Of a stretch of DNA of 64,000 bases, positions 52,015 to 64,000 are shown one piece after another (position 1 is the stretch's first letter; every line of letters begins with the position of its first letter). Position numbers and translations under genes: made by a program. Below the pieces are notes generated by a model. It did no database searches. It was not told where the DNA came from and saw only the letters and a program-made list of their open reading frames with translations. The DNA comes from Octopus vulgaris (lineage: Eukaryota), in NCBI GenBank assembly GCA_951406725.2, contig OX597814.1:63736001-63800000 (forward strand). Reading direction: 5' to 3'.

Positions 52015-53136
52015 TCAGATGGCTGATCCCCCTTATGTTAAACTAAAAGTTAGTTTTCTTGAAAATGAGCAAAATTCGGCATCGTAGTGCTACCAAGTAC
52101 CGACAGAAAAAGGTTTTAGCTCACAATGACATGGTTGCTACATTAGATGATGACGCTCTAGCTTTATCAAAAGTGCAAACGTGGTCAGCTTAATATAGGA
52201 TGGCAAGAGTATATTGAAGATGACGCAACGTCTGGACGTCCTGCAACTGTCACTATTGAGGAAAATATTGATCATGTTCACCACATGTGATAGATGACAG
52301 GTGATTGACTATAAATCAAATAACTAATGCTATAAGCATATACCGTGAAGCACTTGAAATTATTCTGCACAATGCACTTGGTATGACAGAGGTTTCTCTG
52401 CTCTTTGGGTACTCGGTTTTCTGACACCTCATCAAAAGCGCACTAGGTTGATCACATTACGGGAAAATCTAACATTGTTTGAGGTAGCTCCAAGTAGTTT
52501 CCTTGAACGTTCCCTAACCCTGAATGAGCGCTAGGTTTCGCACTTTGAACCAGAGACGAAGAGATAATTCATGCAGTGGAAACACCCCTCCTCGTGTGTT
52601 CCAAAAAGGCCAAGGTCGTCTGCCGGGAAGGTGATGGCCTCGGTATTTTGGGATGTAAAATGCATTGTTTTTATTAACTATCTTCAAAACGGCCACATCA
52701 TGAATATAGAGTATTATGTCAACTTGCTGAAGCAGATACGAAAGGGAAACTGACGAAAAGTGTCTTGTTTAATCAGGATAATAGTCCAGCAGACAAAACT
52801 TTGGTTTCAAATGGCGACTGTGCACGGCTGCGGCATTGAACTGGTCGATCACCAACTCTATTCTCCTCATTTGGCCCCATCTGACTATTATTTGTTCTCA
52901 ATCATGAAAAACGGCTTGGCTGGGAACTATTATCGCAGTGATAATGATATAACACCTGCTGTTGACATTTTTGACGAACATGATGAAAGCTTCTTCGCGA
53001 ATGGGTTCCAAGCATTGCAACAGCGATGAGAAAAGTATGGGAACCTCAAGATGACTATGTTAAAAATTAACCTCATTTTGTCACATTCTATGAGCGTACC
53101 ATGGTCAGCCTATGGACTTTTCAACCGAACCTCGTA
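52015..53136 (+). mobile_element. Decayed mariner (DD34D-type) transposon, right TIR retained
   Basis: EDDATSGRPATVTIEENIDHVH, SAGKVMASVFWDVKCIVFINYL and YSPHLAPSDYYLF. Ends ACTTTTCAACCGAACCTCGTA. Confidence 0.88.
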
Positions 53137-53242
53137 TATTTTATCGATAAACAAACCTTATTTTTTTAAGTTTGTGGAGAAATTCTAATTGATATACTTT
53201 GAAAAATGTATATACATTACCTATGACCATGCGTAAATATAT

Positions 53243-53493
53243 TCTCTTTTACTCTCTTTTACTTGTTTCAGTCATTTGACTGCGGCAATGCAACGGCCTT
53301 TAGTCGAGCAAATCGACCCCAGGACTTATTCTTTGTAAGTCTAGTACTTATTCCATCGGTCTCTTTGACCGAACCGCTAAGTTACGGGACACACCAGCAT
53401 CGGATGTCAAGCGATGCTGGGGGGACAAACACAGGCACACATACACACATACGCACACACACGCACGCACACACACACACACACACACACACC

Positions 53494-53536
<43 letters not shown>

Positions 53537-53910
53537 GTGTGTGTGTGGAGGTGCAATGGCCAAGTGGTTAGGGCAGCGGACTCGCGGTTTCGATTCTCTG
53601 ACCGGGCGTTGTGAGTGCTTATTGAGCGAAAACACCTAAAAGCTCCACGAGGCTCCGGCAGGGGGTGGTGATCCCTGCTGTACTCTTTCACCACTCTTTC
53701 TCTCACTCTTTCTTCTGCTGGTCTGATCGCTTAGCCAGCGGAGTGGCGTCATTCGAAGGCTAAAAAACAATGCGAACGCATTGTGACCAGCGATGTGTAG
53801 CAACATCTGATGGTCTGGTCGGTCACGTGATGTGTGTGCGTGTGTATATATATGTTTGTGTGTCTGTGTTTGTCCCCCCCCCAACATCGCTTGACAACCG
53901 ATGCTGGTGT

Positions 53911-53964
<54 letters not shown>

Positions 53965-54103
53965 TACGACGAGCTTCTTTCAGTTTCCGTCTACCAAATC
54001 CGCTCACAATGCTTTGGTCGGCCCGAGGTGCCATGCAGTGAGAGTGAACCAGGAACCATGTGGTTGGTAACCAAGTTACTTACCACACGGCCACTCCTAC
54101 GCC
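53243..54103 (-). mobile_element. OR-like SINE pieces (tail 53243-53435, head 53966-54103) with nested inserts
   Basis: Collinear with the other copies. Contains the second-family SINE and an inverted internal SINE piece at 53850-53910. Confidence 0.85.
53546..53830 (+). mobile_element. Second-family tRNA SINE nested in the (CA/TG)n tract of an OR-like SINE
   Basis: Reverse complement of 45367-45669 with a small deletion in the tRNA head. Confidence 0.9.
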
Positions 54104-54399
54104 TATTTATATATGTATGTGAATGCTATAAGTATGTATGTTTTTGAAGACTATCAATGTCGACGGTTCAAATCATAAAAATCACAAAGGAATTTAAGAT
54201 ATATTTCTTGTAAGTCTAAAATCCAGTATAAGAATATAGTTGATTGCATGGACCCCTGTACATGTATGTATATGAATGCTGGTATGTATATGAATGCTGA
54301 AACGTATTTATTAAATATTAACTCTTCCATTTTAAAAAAGTTGAGAAATCCAAATAAGCACGGCTGTCAGAATTGTGGAAGTCTATCAATTACGTGTGT

Positions 54400-54473
<74 letters not shown>

Positions 54474-54569
54474 GGAACATATATATGTATGCATATGTAT
54501 ATATAAAATATATGTATGTATGTGTATAATTATATATATAATATGGGTGTGTGCGTGCATATATATATA

Positions 54570-54626
<57 letters not shown>

Positions 54627-55053
54627 GTATGTATGCATGTATGTATGTATGTATGTATGTATGTATGTATGTATGTATGTATGTATGTATATATCTCCGG
54701 TCGGTTAAACTGCCCGATCTAAGGCAGCTTTTCCACGCCAGATATCACGATCCTCCAGATCCTTCCAGAAGTTGATCGATAAATGAAATTCTTCTTAAGC
54801 GAATACATGTTTGTTAACGTGTGGGTTTCCAACGATGGAGATCATTTCATATTTCATTCTTGCTTCTCCATCAGTGCCTTGTTTAACGAGTTTCTTCGCT
54901 GATTACCCAGATGATGGTAGGAAGACTACGAAACAGTAATTGCTTTGTAGATTGTTGCTGCCCAGAAAGAATGACAACTGCACGAACATTTCTTAAGCAT
55001 TACCGTCAACGTTCTTTTCAAGTCTTTTGTTTGATGCCCACGCCAGAGAGGAG

Positions 55054-55115
<62 letters not shown>

Positions 55116-55119
55116 GGGA

Positions 55120-55715
55120 ATAATACCAGCTTGCTGATAGACATTGCAGTCCCTTCTGATCAAAATATTGTCAAAAAAGAAGTGGAGAAATTGTCAAAGT
55201 ACAAAAACCTCGAAAATGAAGTATTTAAAGTGTTGAGCATGAAGGTAATAACAATACCAACAATATACGGAGCATTAGGCATGATAAAAAATATATGAAC
55301 AAAAACGTAGAAGCTATTCCTGGATTTTCAACACTATACTCTGTTCAAATATAGCCCTGCTAGGTACAGCCCGCATCCTACGCAAGGCACTATTAATCTA
55401 ATAATACAACCTAAACAAAACAACCCACAAATACAAGACACACCGTATACAGCCTTTACCTAGTGAAATAAACTTCCACCAGCAAGCTAGGACACCAAAG
55501 CATTACACACTCAACACACAGTACAAGGAGTAACATAACAAAAGACTGCATCATACCTCAAGGGAAAAAAATAATGCAGTACAATACCGGGAAGAGTTTG
55601 CACACTCCCAACAGCCGAAAAGAACACACAATGCTGCGCATACCCCAGCAACATAGAGGTCTAGCAGGTGATACAGTAGAAATTTGCCTCAATCTACCAA
55701 ATATTGAAGAGTTAC

Positions 55716-55717
<2 letters not shown>
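55120..55717 (+). mobile_element. R4/Dong-type 3' fragment + 3'UTR ending in (TAA)n
   Basis: LLIDIAVPSDQNIVKKEVEKLSKYKNLE..IPTIYGALGMIK..GTARILRKAL. Confidence 0.85.
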
Positions 55718-55782
<65 letters not shown>

Positions 55783-55814
55783 CAACAACAACGACAACAA
55801 AATAATAATAGCCT

Positions 55815-57135
55815 TTACAGTAATAATATCACAGAGAAGAAGAGCAGAAGAGATGCTGCAAGAGCTCATTAGGCCGTAAAAATCAGTTACTGATCAATAA
55901 AGCCATAAATGAATGGTCTAAGTATGGCCTGGCTCGATTGCCGAAAGGCTTTTGATAGTATTCCCCATACATGGATCCTAGAAACATTAGCCATGAACAA
56001 GGTAGCACCAGTAATCATAAAATATATAAATTCCATAAATAAATGGCAGACAGTGCTACAACTTCAGACGAAGTAAGACTCATAAAAGCCAAAGCCATCA
56101 CCATTAGAAGAGGAATATTCCAAGGAGATACGCTCTCTCTCCATTGCTTTTCTGCTTGGCACTGACACTTTTATCTGACATGCTAAGCAGAACTGGACGT
56201 GGATACAACTATTACGGTAAAACAATCAGCCATCTCTTGTATATGGATGATCTAAATCTGTACGCTACAAATGATAAACGACTGGAAACATTACAACAAA
56301 GAGTACATGGATTTACTAAAGAAATAAACATGAAATTTAGCTTAGAAAAATGTGCCAAAGCAACCTTGGAAAGAGGAAATCTAGTTAAGAGTTGCAGCAT
56401 CACACTAGATAAAGCAAATGAAATGAGAGCGTAAAACTAAAGCCAAACATACAAATACTTAGGAATCAATGAACTAGATACAATATAAAACACACAAATG
56501 AAGGAAAAGATAAGTAAGGAATACTAAAGACGAGTTAGATTAATACTGAAAACAGAGCTGAATGCGAAAAATTATAAGTTACAGCTACAATATTCTTAAC
56601 TGGACTCTAAATGAACTAATCAAAATAGACAGGAAAACAAGAAAAATAATGACAGAATTTAGAATGCACCGCTCAAGATCTGACATAGAAAGGTTATATA
56701 TACAGCATATAGAAGGTGGTAGAGGCGTTATACAGCTAAAAACTATTACAAAATAACTGCTGTAGGACCACAAAAATACCTACTTCAGAAACAAGGAAAA
56801 CTAATAAATATAGCCACAAAACAAAAGCAAAAACATAAAAACTGAGAAATACAAAAAAATAAAAGCTGAGAAATACAGAAAAGAAACAATTCCTATCAAA
56901 GTAGGCGCATTAGGTATGATAAAAACATATTCAGACATACATAACAAAAACACCAGGACTAACAAGTATATATAACAAGCAGAAAATAGTACTACAAGGC
57001 ACCACACACATCCTACGTAAAACACTTTCAATACAGTGAAAATAGGAGCACAACAAACCACAGCACATACGCAAGGCATGCGGAGCTGCGCTCGGTAGTG
57101 CAGTGAAAGCGCTTGAAAAAAAATACGGCTATTAA
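55815..57135 (+). pseudogene. R4/Dong-type LINE RT fragment with C-terminal deletion and 3' end
   Basis: KNQLLINKAI, LSMAWLDCRKAFDSIPHTWI, IRRGIFQGDTLS, LLFCLAL..ISHLLYMDDLNLY..INMKFSLEKCA and YKYLGI, then a jump to ETIPIKVGALGMIK. Confidence 0.92.
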
Positions 57136-58454
57136 ATAATCATAATAACTCTGTTGATGATAATGATGAGGAGGAGGAGGAGGAAGAGGGGGAGGGGCAG
57201 CAGCAGCAAGAAGAAGAAGAAGAGGAAGGAGAACAAGAAGAAGAATGTAGCGACAAAACGGGGATGAGAATAATAATAAAAACAAATCACCGAGAAAACA
57301 TGCGGTAAGTTGGGCATTGTAATAAATGGGTGCATCGTCGAGGAGATAGATGTGGTAAACTTTAAAATTTTACTGTAAGCCCGCAATAAAATTCTCAGAT
57401 CCAGCAAAAGACAGTGTACTATTGAGATAAACCAACAGTCTGTCCGTTATCTTCTTCACTGAAGCTTGATAAAATCGTTTCATAAAGCACAGACTATAAA
57501 AAGTGATAGCAGTGGCATTGTACTATCTATGCTAATGTTCTAGGTATAAAGAGGTCAGTAAAAAGGAAGGGATAGAAAAGGATTAATAAAAGAATTTAAC
57601 AAAGACGAGTGAATAAATCAATTGGTGTGGTAAGCAGTAAACATAGTAAGAAAACAACTGGCAAATCCGTAGGTTAACTAGTTAAGTTAAACTCATGCAT
57701 TGGAACGTAGAGTTTTTAATTCAATTGCCGAGAAGAAAAAAAGCTGGAGAGGAGGATAAAGATCGGCGATACATAGATTACCAAATGTTCATATGTCTGT
57801 TATATTAGCTCAAATGATAAAACCAATTTGACAAATGTGGAACGAAAGTTACATAACGATACTATCGAGATGTAGATGCTGAAGGGTTTTTTTATGCATT
57901 AAGACTTAGTTAGAAAAGAAATGGATAAAATTTTCATCATAAATCATCAGTTATGGATGAAGTGCAGTAAGATGACACGAAACGAAGAGACTGCAGATCA
58001 TAGGTTTAATTCCAGGTTATATGAAACAATTCCAAGGTAAGATAGCAATTAATGCTTCGTGCAGCGGACCTGACAGACCAGTACATATTAGGTTTTATGT
58101 ATGAAAATGTGAAAACAGTTAAGTTCAGAGAAATATAAAAACTCATTTAGGTTCCGAGAGTGGTGAATTATTTATGATTCACCTCTCTCGGAACCTACTT
58201 CTCGCGTGTACCGAAGTCTGTTATGGACCGCATATTTAATACAATAAGTTTTTCTGAATTAGCCCCAAGGGGAGATAATGTACTCAATTGGGTTCAATAA
58301 AATATATACATAACCTGAATATCTTTCTGTCTGTAATTCCTTACCAATGTTTGTATTCGTCTATTGTTTCTTTGACCCGACCCGGTGCCTTACCATTTAA
58401 GCGCCTTATTTACCTGAATCTTAATATACCACATGTTCTTTTATTGTTTTATTT

Positions 58455-58624
58455 TTATCAACCATTTGATTGCGGCCATGCAGGACCACCACCTCTAGTC
58501 GAGCAAATCGACTCCAGCACTTATTCTTTGTAAGCCTAGTATTTATTTTATCGGTCTCATTTGCTAATTACGGGCCTGTACACACACCAGCATGCGACAG
58601 TCAGGGAAAGAAAGACAGTCGCAC

Positions 58625-58628
<4 letters not shown>
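58455..58628 (-). mobile_element. OR-like SINE tail fragment
   Basis: CATTTGATTGCGGCCATGC..TAGTCGAGCAAATCGACTCCAGCACTTATTCTTTGTAAGCCTAGTA. Confidence 0.8.
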
Positions 58629-58668
<40 letters not shown>

Positions 58669-58874
58669 CAGTAATTGAATGAATTATCTTATTAAGGATA
58701 ATTCGAAAGATAACCGATACCTGGGTAGCAAATTCACATCAGAAAGAACACGGTTAAAGCTACGTCTTTAGGGCATAGACTACGTGTCTTCGTGCGGAAA
58801 TTTGTATGTTTATTTTAAAATTATAACTATATGAAAGAATGGAGTTGAACGACTAGTTAACAAATATCCTTTAT

Positions 58875-58955
58875 TCTCGACATATGTTTCGAAGGCTGCA
58901 TATTCCTAATTCCGAAGGAATAAGGTGTACATTATGCAGATTTCTCATCAGGAAA
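58875..58955 (-). ncRNA. Canonical type I hammerhead ribozyme (homologue of 36463-36542)
   Basis: Minus: TTTC-CTGATGA-GAAatCTGCATA...TATGCAGccTTC-GAAA-CATATG-TC-GAGA. Confidence 0.85.
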
Positions 58956-59534
58956 ATCAAGGAACTTATGTCGACATCAAAATGCACAAAAAACTTTTAG
59001 CTAACCGCTCTCAAGGAGCCCATGGCGATAATGAGTGCCTCTTTATAATGAGTGACGTCAGAGTGGCTGAATTTAGAAGAATCTAGAAGTTTCTAAAGGT
59101 TCAAGAGTTCAAACGAAGTAGGAGGAGGGAGGCATAAGAATAGTAAGGTGAGAGGGTGCAGGTCAAAAGAATGATGGGTTTTAAATGATTTCTTTTGTGA
59201 ATGAGTGCCTGTGTGTGTGACTGTATATAACTGTCTTAATGTGTGTATGTGTGTGTCTGAATGCGTGATTGTGTTTGTGGATGGGTAGATGTCAGAAAAC
59301 TGACAGCTGTGAGGTGAAAGGTCTGTGTCTGTGTGTTCGATTATGTTTACTGTAGAGAAAGGAAATTAAATAGCGAAAGAGAGAAAGAATCGGGCGAGGT
59401 GAGAGGCAACGCAAGAATGGATAGTAGTAATTGGGAATATAAGAAAATCTTTTTGACTATTGGGGTGAAATATAGCGAAAATGTTTTTTGGAAATCGAGG
59501 GGTTATCTATATTAGTCACTATTTATATGAGTGA

Positions 59535-59659
59535 AAGGTGTGTCTTTTCCAGTGTAAACACCTGTAGGATCTTTCGACGATTGTGTTTATTAAAGGGCCT
59601 TTAATAAACACAATTGTCGAAAGATCCTACAGGTGTTTACACTGGAAAAGACACACCTT
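59535..59659. repeat. 125-bp near-perfect palindrome (62-bp arms, 1-nt centre, one mismatch)
   Basis: AAGGTGTGTCTTTTCCAGTGTAAACACCTGTAGGATCTTTCGAC..TAAAGG-G-CCTTTA..GTCGAAAGATCCTACAGGTGTTTACACTGGAAAAGACACACCTT. Confidence 0.95.
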
Positions 59660-59755
59660 ATTTGTTCCTGTAAAGTACACCAGCTTTGAATTACTGAGTT
59701 TATAAATATGTATGTATGTGTGTATATATGTATGTATGCATGTATGGACGTATCT

Positions 59756-59795
<40 letters not shown>

Positions 59796-60353
59796 TGAAT
59801 TAGTTATCCTTTATATATATTTAGTTAACTAGACTAACTAAGGGTTTCTGATTGGTATTGAACTTCAGGTAATCAAGTCGAAATGTGAAATCGTGTTTAA
59901 TGTTAATACTATTCACCCATTGCAAAAGAGAACACATACAAATACCTTACTTAAATAGTGGCCAAAATATAGGAGAAATCGCCAAAATTTGGCCACTGAT
60001 CTAACAAAGTTGATGTGTATCGGATTTCTATACCGCATGGTAATACCATTCAACACCGGCCAGACAGAGCGACAGCTCAAAGATACTGGCAAGAAAAAGG
60101 CGACCTAGTTCCGTATAATTATCAGTGTCCAAATTATTCCTATTTCCTTCCTTTTTATCTTCTTTTCTTCTCTTCCTTTCTGACAACGATAAGGTTGTAA
60201 CGGTCGTTCACAGTTTTTTCAATCGATCAATGGATCGAGTGATTAAATTGAACCATGACCTCACCCAAAATAATATCTGATGCCGCTGTAAGTCTATAAT
60301 GCATGAATAAAAGTATAGAGCCCATTATACAAAGTATAAATCTCATTATATAT

Positions 60354-60748
60354 TCAGGGTGTCCAAAAAGATTTGACATAATTTGAGATGTCCATATCGG
60401 AATGACTACATGTCTAAGAAAAATTAAACTTAATAGGGTTAATGTTGAACATAACAAGCTTTATCCTACAGATTTCCAACGAAAAATACAGTGAGATGGT
60501 AATTTTATAATGTTCAAAATTTATCACTGTTCTCTGAGATGGTGTAGAACACATCCAATTTTGGTGAATCCTTTTCTTGTTCAACTATGTCCTATGGATT
60601 TTCTTCGCCACAAATGCGAACATTTTATTTGTTCACTTTGCCATTCGTATGGAGTGTGGCTTCGTCGCTGAAAATAGGACGGTTTTCAAAGTTGTCATCT
60701 TCAAGTTTCTCTTGCATATCTTCACAGAATGTTTTACACTTTTGTTTG
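60354..60748 (-). mobile_element. Tc1/mariner-superfamily relic (first catalytic Asp region + TIR-like end)
   Basis: FCEDMQEKLEDDNFENRPIFSDEATLHTNGKVNK*NVRICG. CAGGGTGTCCAAAAAG at ~60355 is TIR-like. Confidence 0.75.
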
Positions 60749-61290
60749 ACATTTTTGTACATGATATTTTTGGTTTTTCCTTCAGGAGCATAGATGAATA
60801 AGTTGTCTCGATGGCTAACTCTGGAACTATCGACGTAGAACTGTCCATGTGAAAAGCATGACTTTCGAAAGTCCAATCCGACAACTTTCAGCGATTGAAC
60901 TTGTGCTTTGTTGATTGTCATAGCGAAGCTGAGTTTGAGAGGGAACTGAAGTCTTCGCATACGGTAGAAGCAGTGTGTTGGGGTTAGCAGAATTTCCAGA
61001 ATAAAATCGGTATTGTTTTTGCCATGTCCCATGATGATTTGGGATTGAATGACATGATCCATCATTTGTTTAACCACAAGACGATTTCCATTGCATAGTG
61101 TGGGTGCGTTTAGATTGCGTAGCAGAATGACAGGGCACCCGACTTTTAAGTGAAGTTCATGGGGAGGGAGTCCTGGGGGATGTTGGGAGCTGAGAAATTC
61201 TGTTGGAAAGCGTGTAACCTGATCGAGGTCAGTGACGGTGTCAACTTATCTGTAACAACGTTCTTGGGAAGGTAGCTTACTGAGTAAGTC
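60749..61290 (-). pseudogene. Helitron-type PIF1 helicase C-terminal fragment
   Basis: LKVGCPVILLRNLNAPTLCNGNRLVVK..RLQFPLKLSFAMTINKAQVQSLKVVGLD..FSHGQFYVDSSRV..KTKNIMYK. Confidence 0.88.
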
Positions 61291-63668
61291 GTAGTTAAGA
61301 GTGGCGACAACTGCATTTGTAGGTGCAAGAACATCCCTTTGCTAACGTACAAATATCGGTAGTTTGCAGTGAATAGGCATTGTAAAGACTGTATAATTGT
61401 CCCAACTTTGTATGATTAAAAGCAGGAATATATATAATATGGATTAATTTTTGAAGGCATTTTAAAATAATTAAAAGTTGATTTAAATTGTATGGCCATC
61501 TCAAGGAAGTGCTAATGTGCAAATATCGACGGTTTGCAGTGAATGGGCATTGTAAAAACTGTAGTAGAAGACGAAGTGAAAGTAGCATAACTTCGTCGCC
61601 AAATGTAATGTCCCTTGAAGCAACGATCGTTAGTATTTCTTATTTACCTATGAAATGTTGGTTTCGTCCCCTAGGGGCAGCATTACACAATAAGTGGAAA
61701 ATTGGAAGAAATATACTTAAGTAATGTATATTCCCAGCGTGAACGAAATCATAGGGAAAATATTGATTTTAAGGGGGTCAAGAAAAAATGGCCTGTACAT
61801 AACATATATACAGAGAAGGAGAGAGACAGAGAGAGGGTGGTGTTCTGAACGTGGGCGTTACCGCACCCCAAGTGTTCGCAGTGCATGTCGGAGGAAGCGT
61901 TAGGCTTTAGGGCGCAGTGATAGTGTTGGTAATTTAACATAATATATTAAATTACACCTACAATAGTAATTAGATTATACATGTTAATAATGGCTATCAA
62001 AATAACTACAAAACAATCAAAAAGGAAAAGTAATCCTTTTAATGATAAACTGCACTGTAATATATCTCCTGGTACATGAACAGGATGTTCCCCGAAATAT
62101 GTGAATTCTCAGGTGTCCACTAATTGCACTATTAGTGGTTCATTTCGCCATTTAATTTAAATGTAACCACATAAATAAAAACAAAAGTTTTTGTGGGGGA
62201 AAGTATGAATCTTCTTCACAGCTTGACAAGTACCACGAATATAACTCCCCACATTGGTCGGGGGTCATCTTTGCTGAGAGCATAAACTCTTGGAATGTAA
62301 CAGTTGCAATGTCAGCTCTGAAAAATACACAATGGATGCATGATTTTAAAATTTATATCTCACGACACGGCGGCGCACAGGTATACCTAAATATTTTGGC
62401 ATACATGGGTCGTACCTTTCTTGATTTGTGAATCTTCCGAAACTTTTGAGCAGATCCAACTGCTTTCAATTAATCTGTAAATCGAGTGATAGTAAGTAGC
62501 ATTGGTGGATCTATTGGAACTCCATCTTAAATTATCTCTACACTTCCGTGTATGTATGTATGTTTGTATGTATGTATGTATGTATGTATGTATGTATGTA
62601 TGTATGTATGCAAGTATGCATGTATGCATGCATATATATATATATATATATATATAGCATGAATGTACACATATTTCTACATACATATACATGACCCTGT
62701 ACTATACACACATTTAGTCATGAAAATTAGCCTTCAACAAGCATTGAATTATTTAATTTTCTTTGCATTTACAATTCAGATACTGAATTAAATTTATTTT
62801 TCGATTCATATATTTTTACACTTCTGAATGATTTGATATTTTGACGAGATCTATTTTCATACTATATCATGTGTGATTTTCTGCCTACAGTCAAATTTAT
62901 TACTCCATTATGGATTGCGAGTATATATGACACTTCGTTTTTCAAAATTTGCATTGTATCAGCATATGTGCACTTGCTAGAGTTAATAACCCCCACTAAG
63001 AGTATTACTTGCATTTCAGACATACATACATACATACATACCTACACACATTCATACATATATGTGTGCAAGTATACATGTATATTTGTGAGTATACGTG
63101 TACTTATTTATTTTATTGTGAATTGACTGCTTAAAATATTGCCACTTGTATACTATGTAAAAGTATAACATGTACTATGGTTTCATAATAATAAGCAATA
63201 AAAATAATGCAAACAATAATAATGACAATTATAAAAATATGTGGTGTATATGCATGTATATAAAAAAATATACACAGACACACAGACACAAGCAGACACA
63301 CGCACACATAGACGCACACATATACACACCCACATTTATGCATGCATAGGTATGTATGAATGTATATATCTGTATGTACATATTGTTTGTAGACGGACAA
63401 ACTAGTAAAAAACATATGAACTTGTAATATCGCAGAAACTGGAGCCGTAATAAAATGCATCATTGTTAATATATTCTAATTGAATATAATATAATATATA
63501 ATATATTTACCATACTTACCATGTTTACCAAAGAACTTGGTTTGCTTTGTCTACTCTTGTTACAGTATTACAGCGCCTTCCTTATTACTGTTCAGTTTTT
63601 ATGTTGATATGCATATATACTTGCATAGTTTCATGCTTATATACATACATACATACATACATACATAC

Positions 63669-63739
<71 letters not shown>

Positions 63740-63804
63740 CATACATTCATATGTATATATACATACCTATCTATCTAACTATATGTATATATATATATAT
63801 ATAT

Positions 63805-63985
63805 TCACACAAAAAACAACAACAAAAGACGAAGACAGGTAATGTAGAAAACAAACAGATGTATTAGTATAACGCTCGGGAATTGAAAAAGTCTTTAACG
63901 TTTCGAGCCTACGCTCTTCCACAGAGAGGAGCACAGAAAGAAACAAGGAGAGAAAATAAAGAATGTATAGTGGCTAGCGATACAG
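63805..63985 (-). mobile_element. Solo pLTR-like element with minimal hammerhead-shaped motif (63893-63928, core CTGTGGA)
   Basis: Minus: CTCT-CTGTGGA-aGAGCgtagGCTC-GAAA-CG-TT-AAAG. Same layout as 33770-33804. Confidence 0.6.
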
Positions 63986-64000
63986 TTATTATTATTCAAA

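Larger units (their letters stand above)
58665..59659 (-). mobile_element. 5'-truncated PLE related to the 34.2-36.6 kb element: last ORF codons + pLTR with HHR, capped by a hairpin
   Basis: Minus translation PLINTIVERSYRCLHWKRHTFHSYK* versus PLVNTLIEKSYKCKHWQKHTFYSYK* at 36107-36184. Confidence 0.85.

Noticed and set aside
61349-61563. ~45-bp direct repeat CAAATATCG..GTTTGCAGTGAAT.GGCATTGTAAA.ACTGTA
   Set aside because: Only two diverged copies next to transposon relics, with no assignable function.

Overview
AT-rich, microsatellite-saturated animal genomic DNA. From recall of the SINE sequences and the repeat landscape it is most likely an octopus or other coleoid cephalopod (inference). 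I find no intact host protein-coding gene, and most ORFs in the track are translations of (TA)n, (CA)n, (TATG)n or (TAA)n repeats. The window is a pile of mobile elements: three tRNA-derived SINE families, RTE LINE fragments plus a bipartite non-autonomous RTE, R4/Dong-type RLE LINE pieces stacked in (TAA)n tracts (23.1-29.5 kb and 55.1-57.1 kb), several Penelope-like elements (PLEs, one with a near-continuous RT + GIY-YIG frame at 34.2-36.6 kb), a decayed hAT transposase, mariner/Tc1 relics and a Helitron helicase fragment. The most striking hidden layer is RNA-level. About 16 type-I hammerhead-ribozyme (HHR)-shaped motifs can be read by eye, mostly with minimal palindromic stem III and some with non-canonical cores. 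Several sit in head-to-head fold-back palindromes, the best being a 471-bp near-perfect hairpin at 3096-3566 with a hammerhead on each strand. All alignments and folds were done by eye, and boundaries of decayed elements are approximate.
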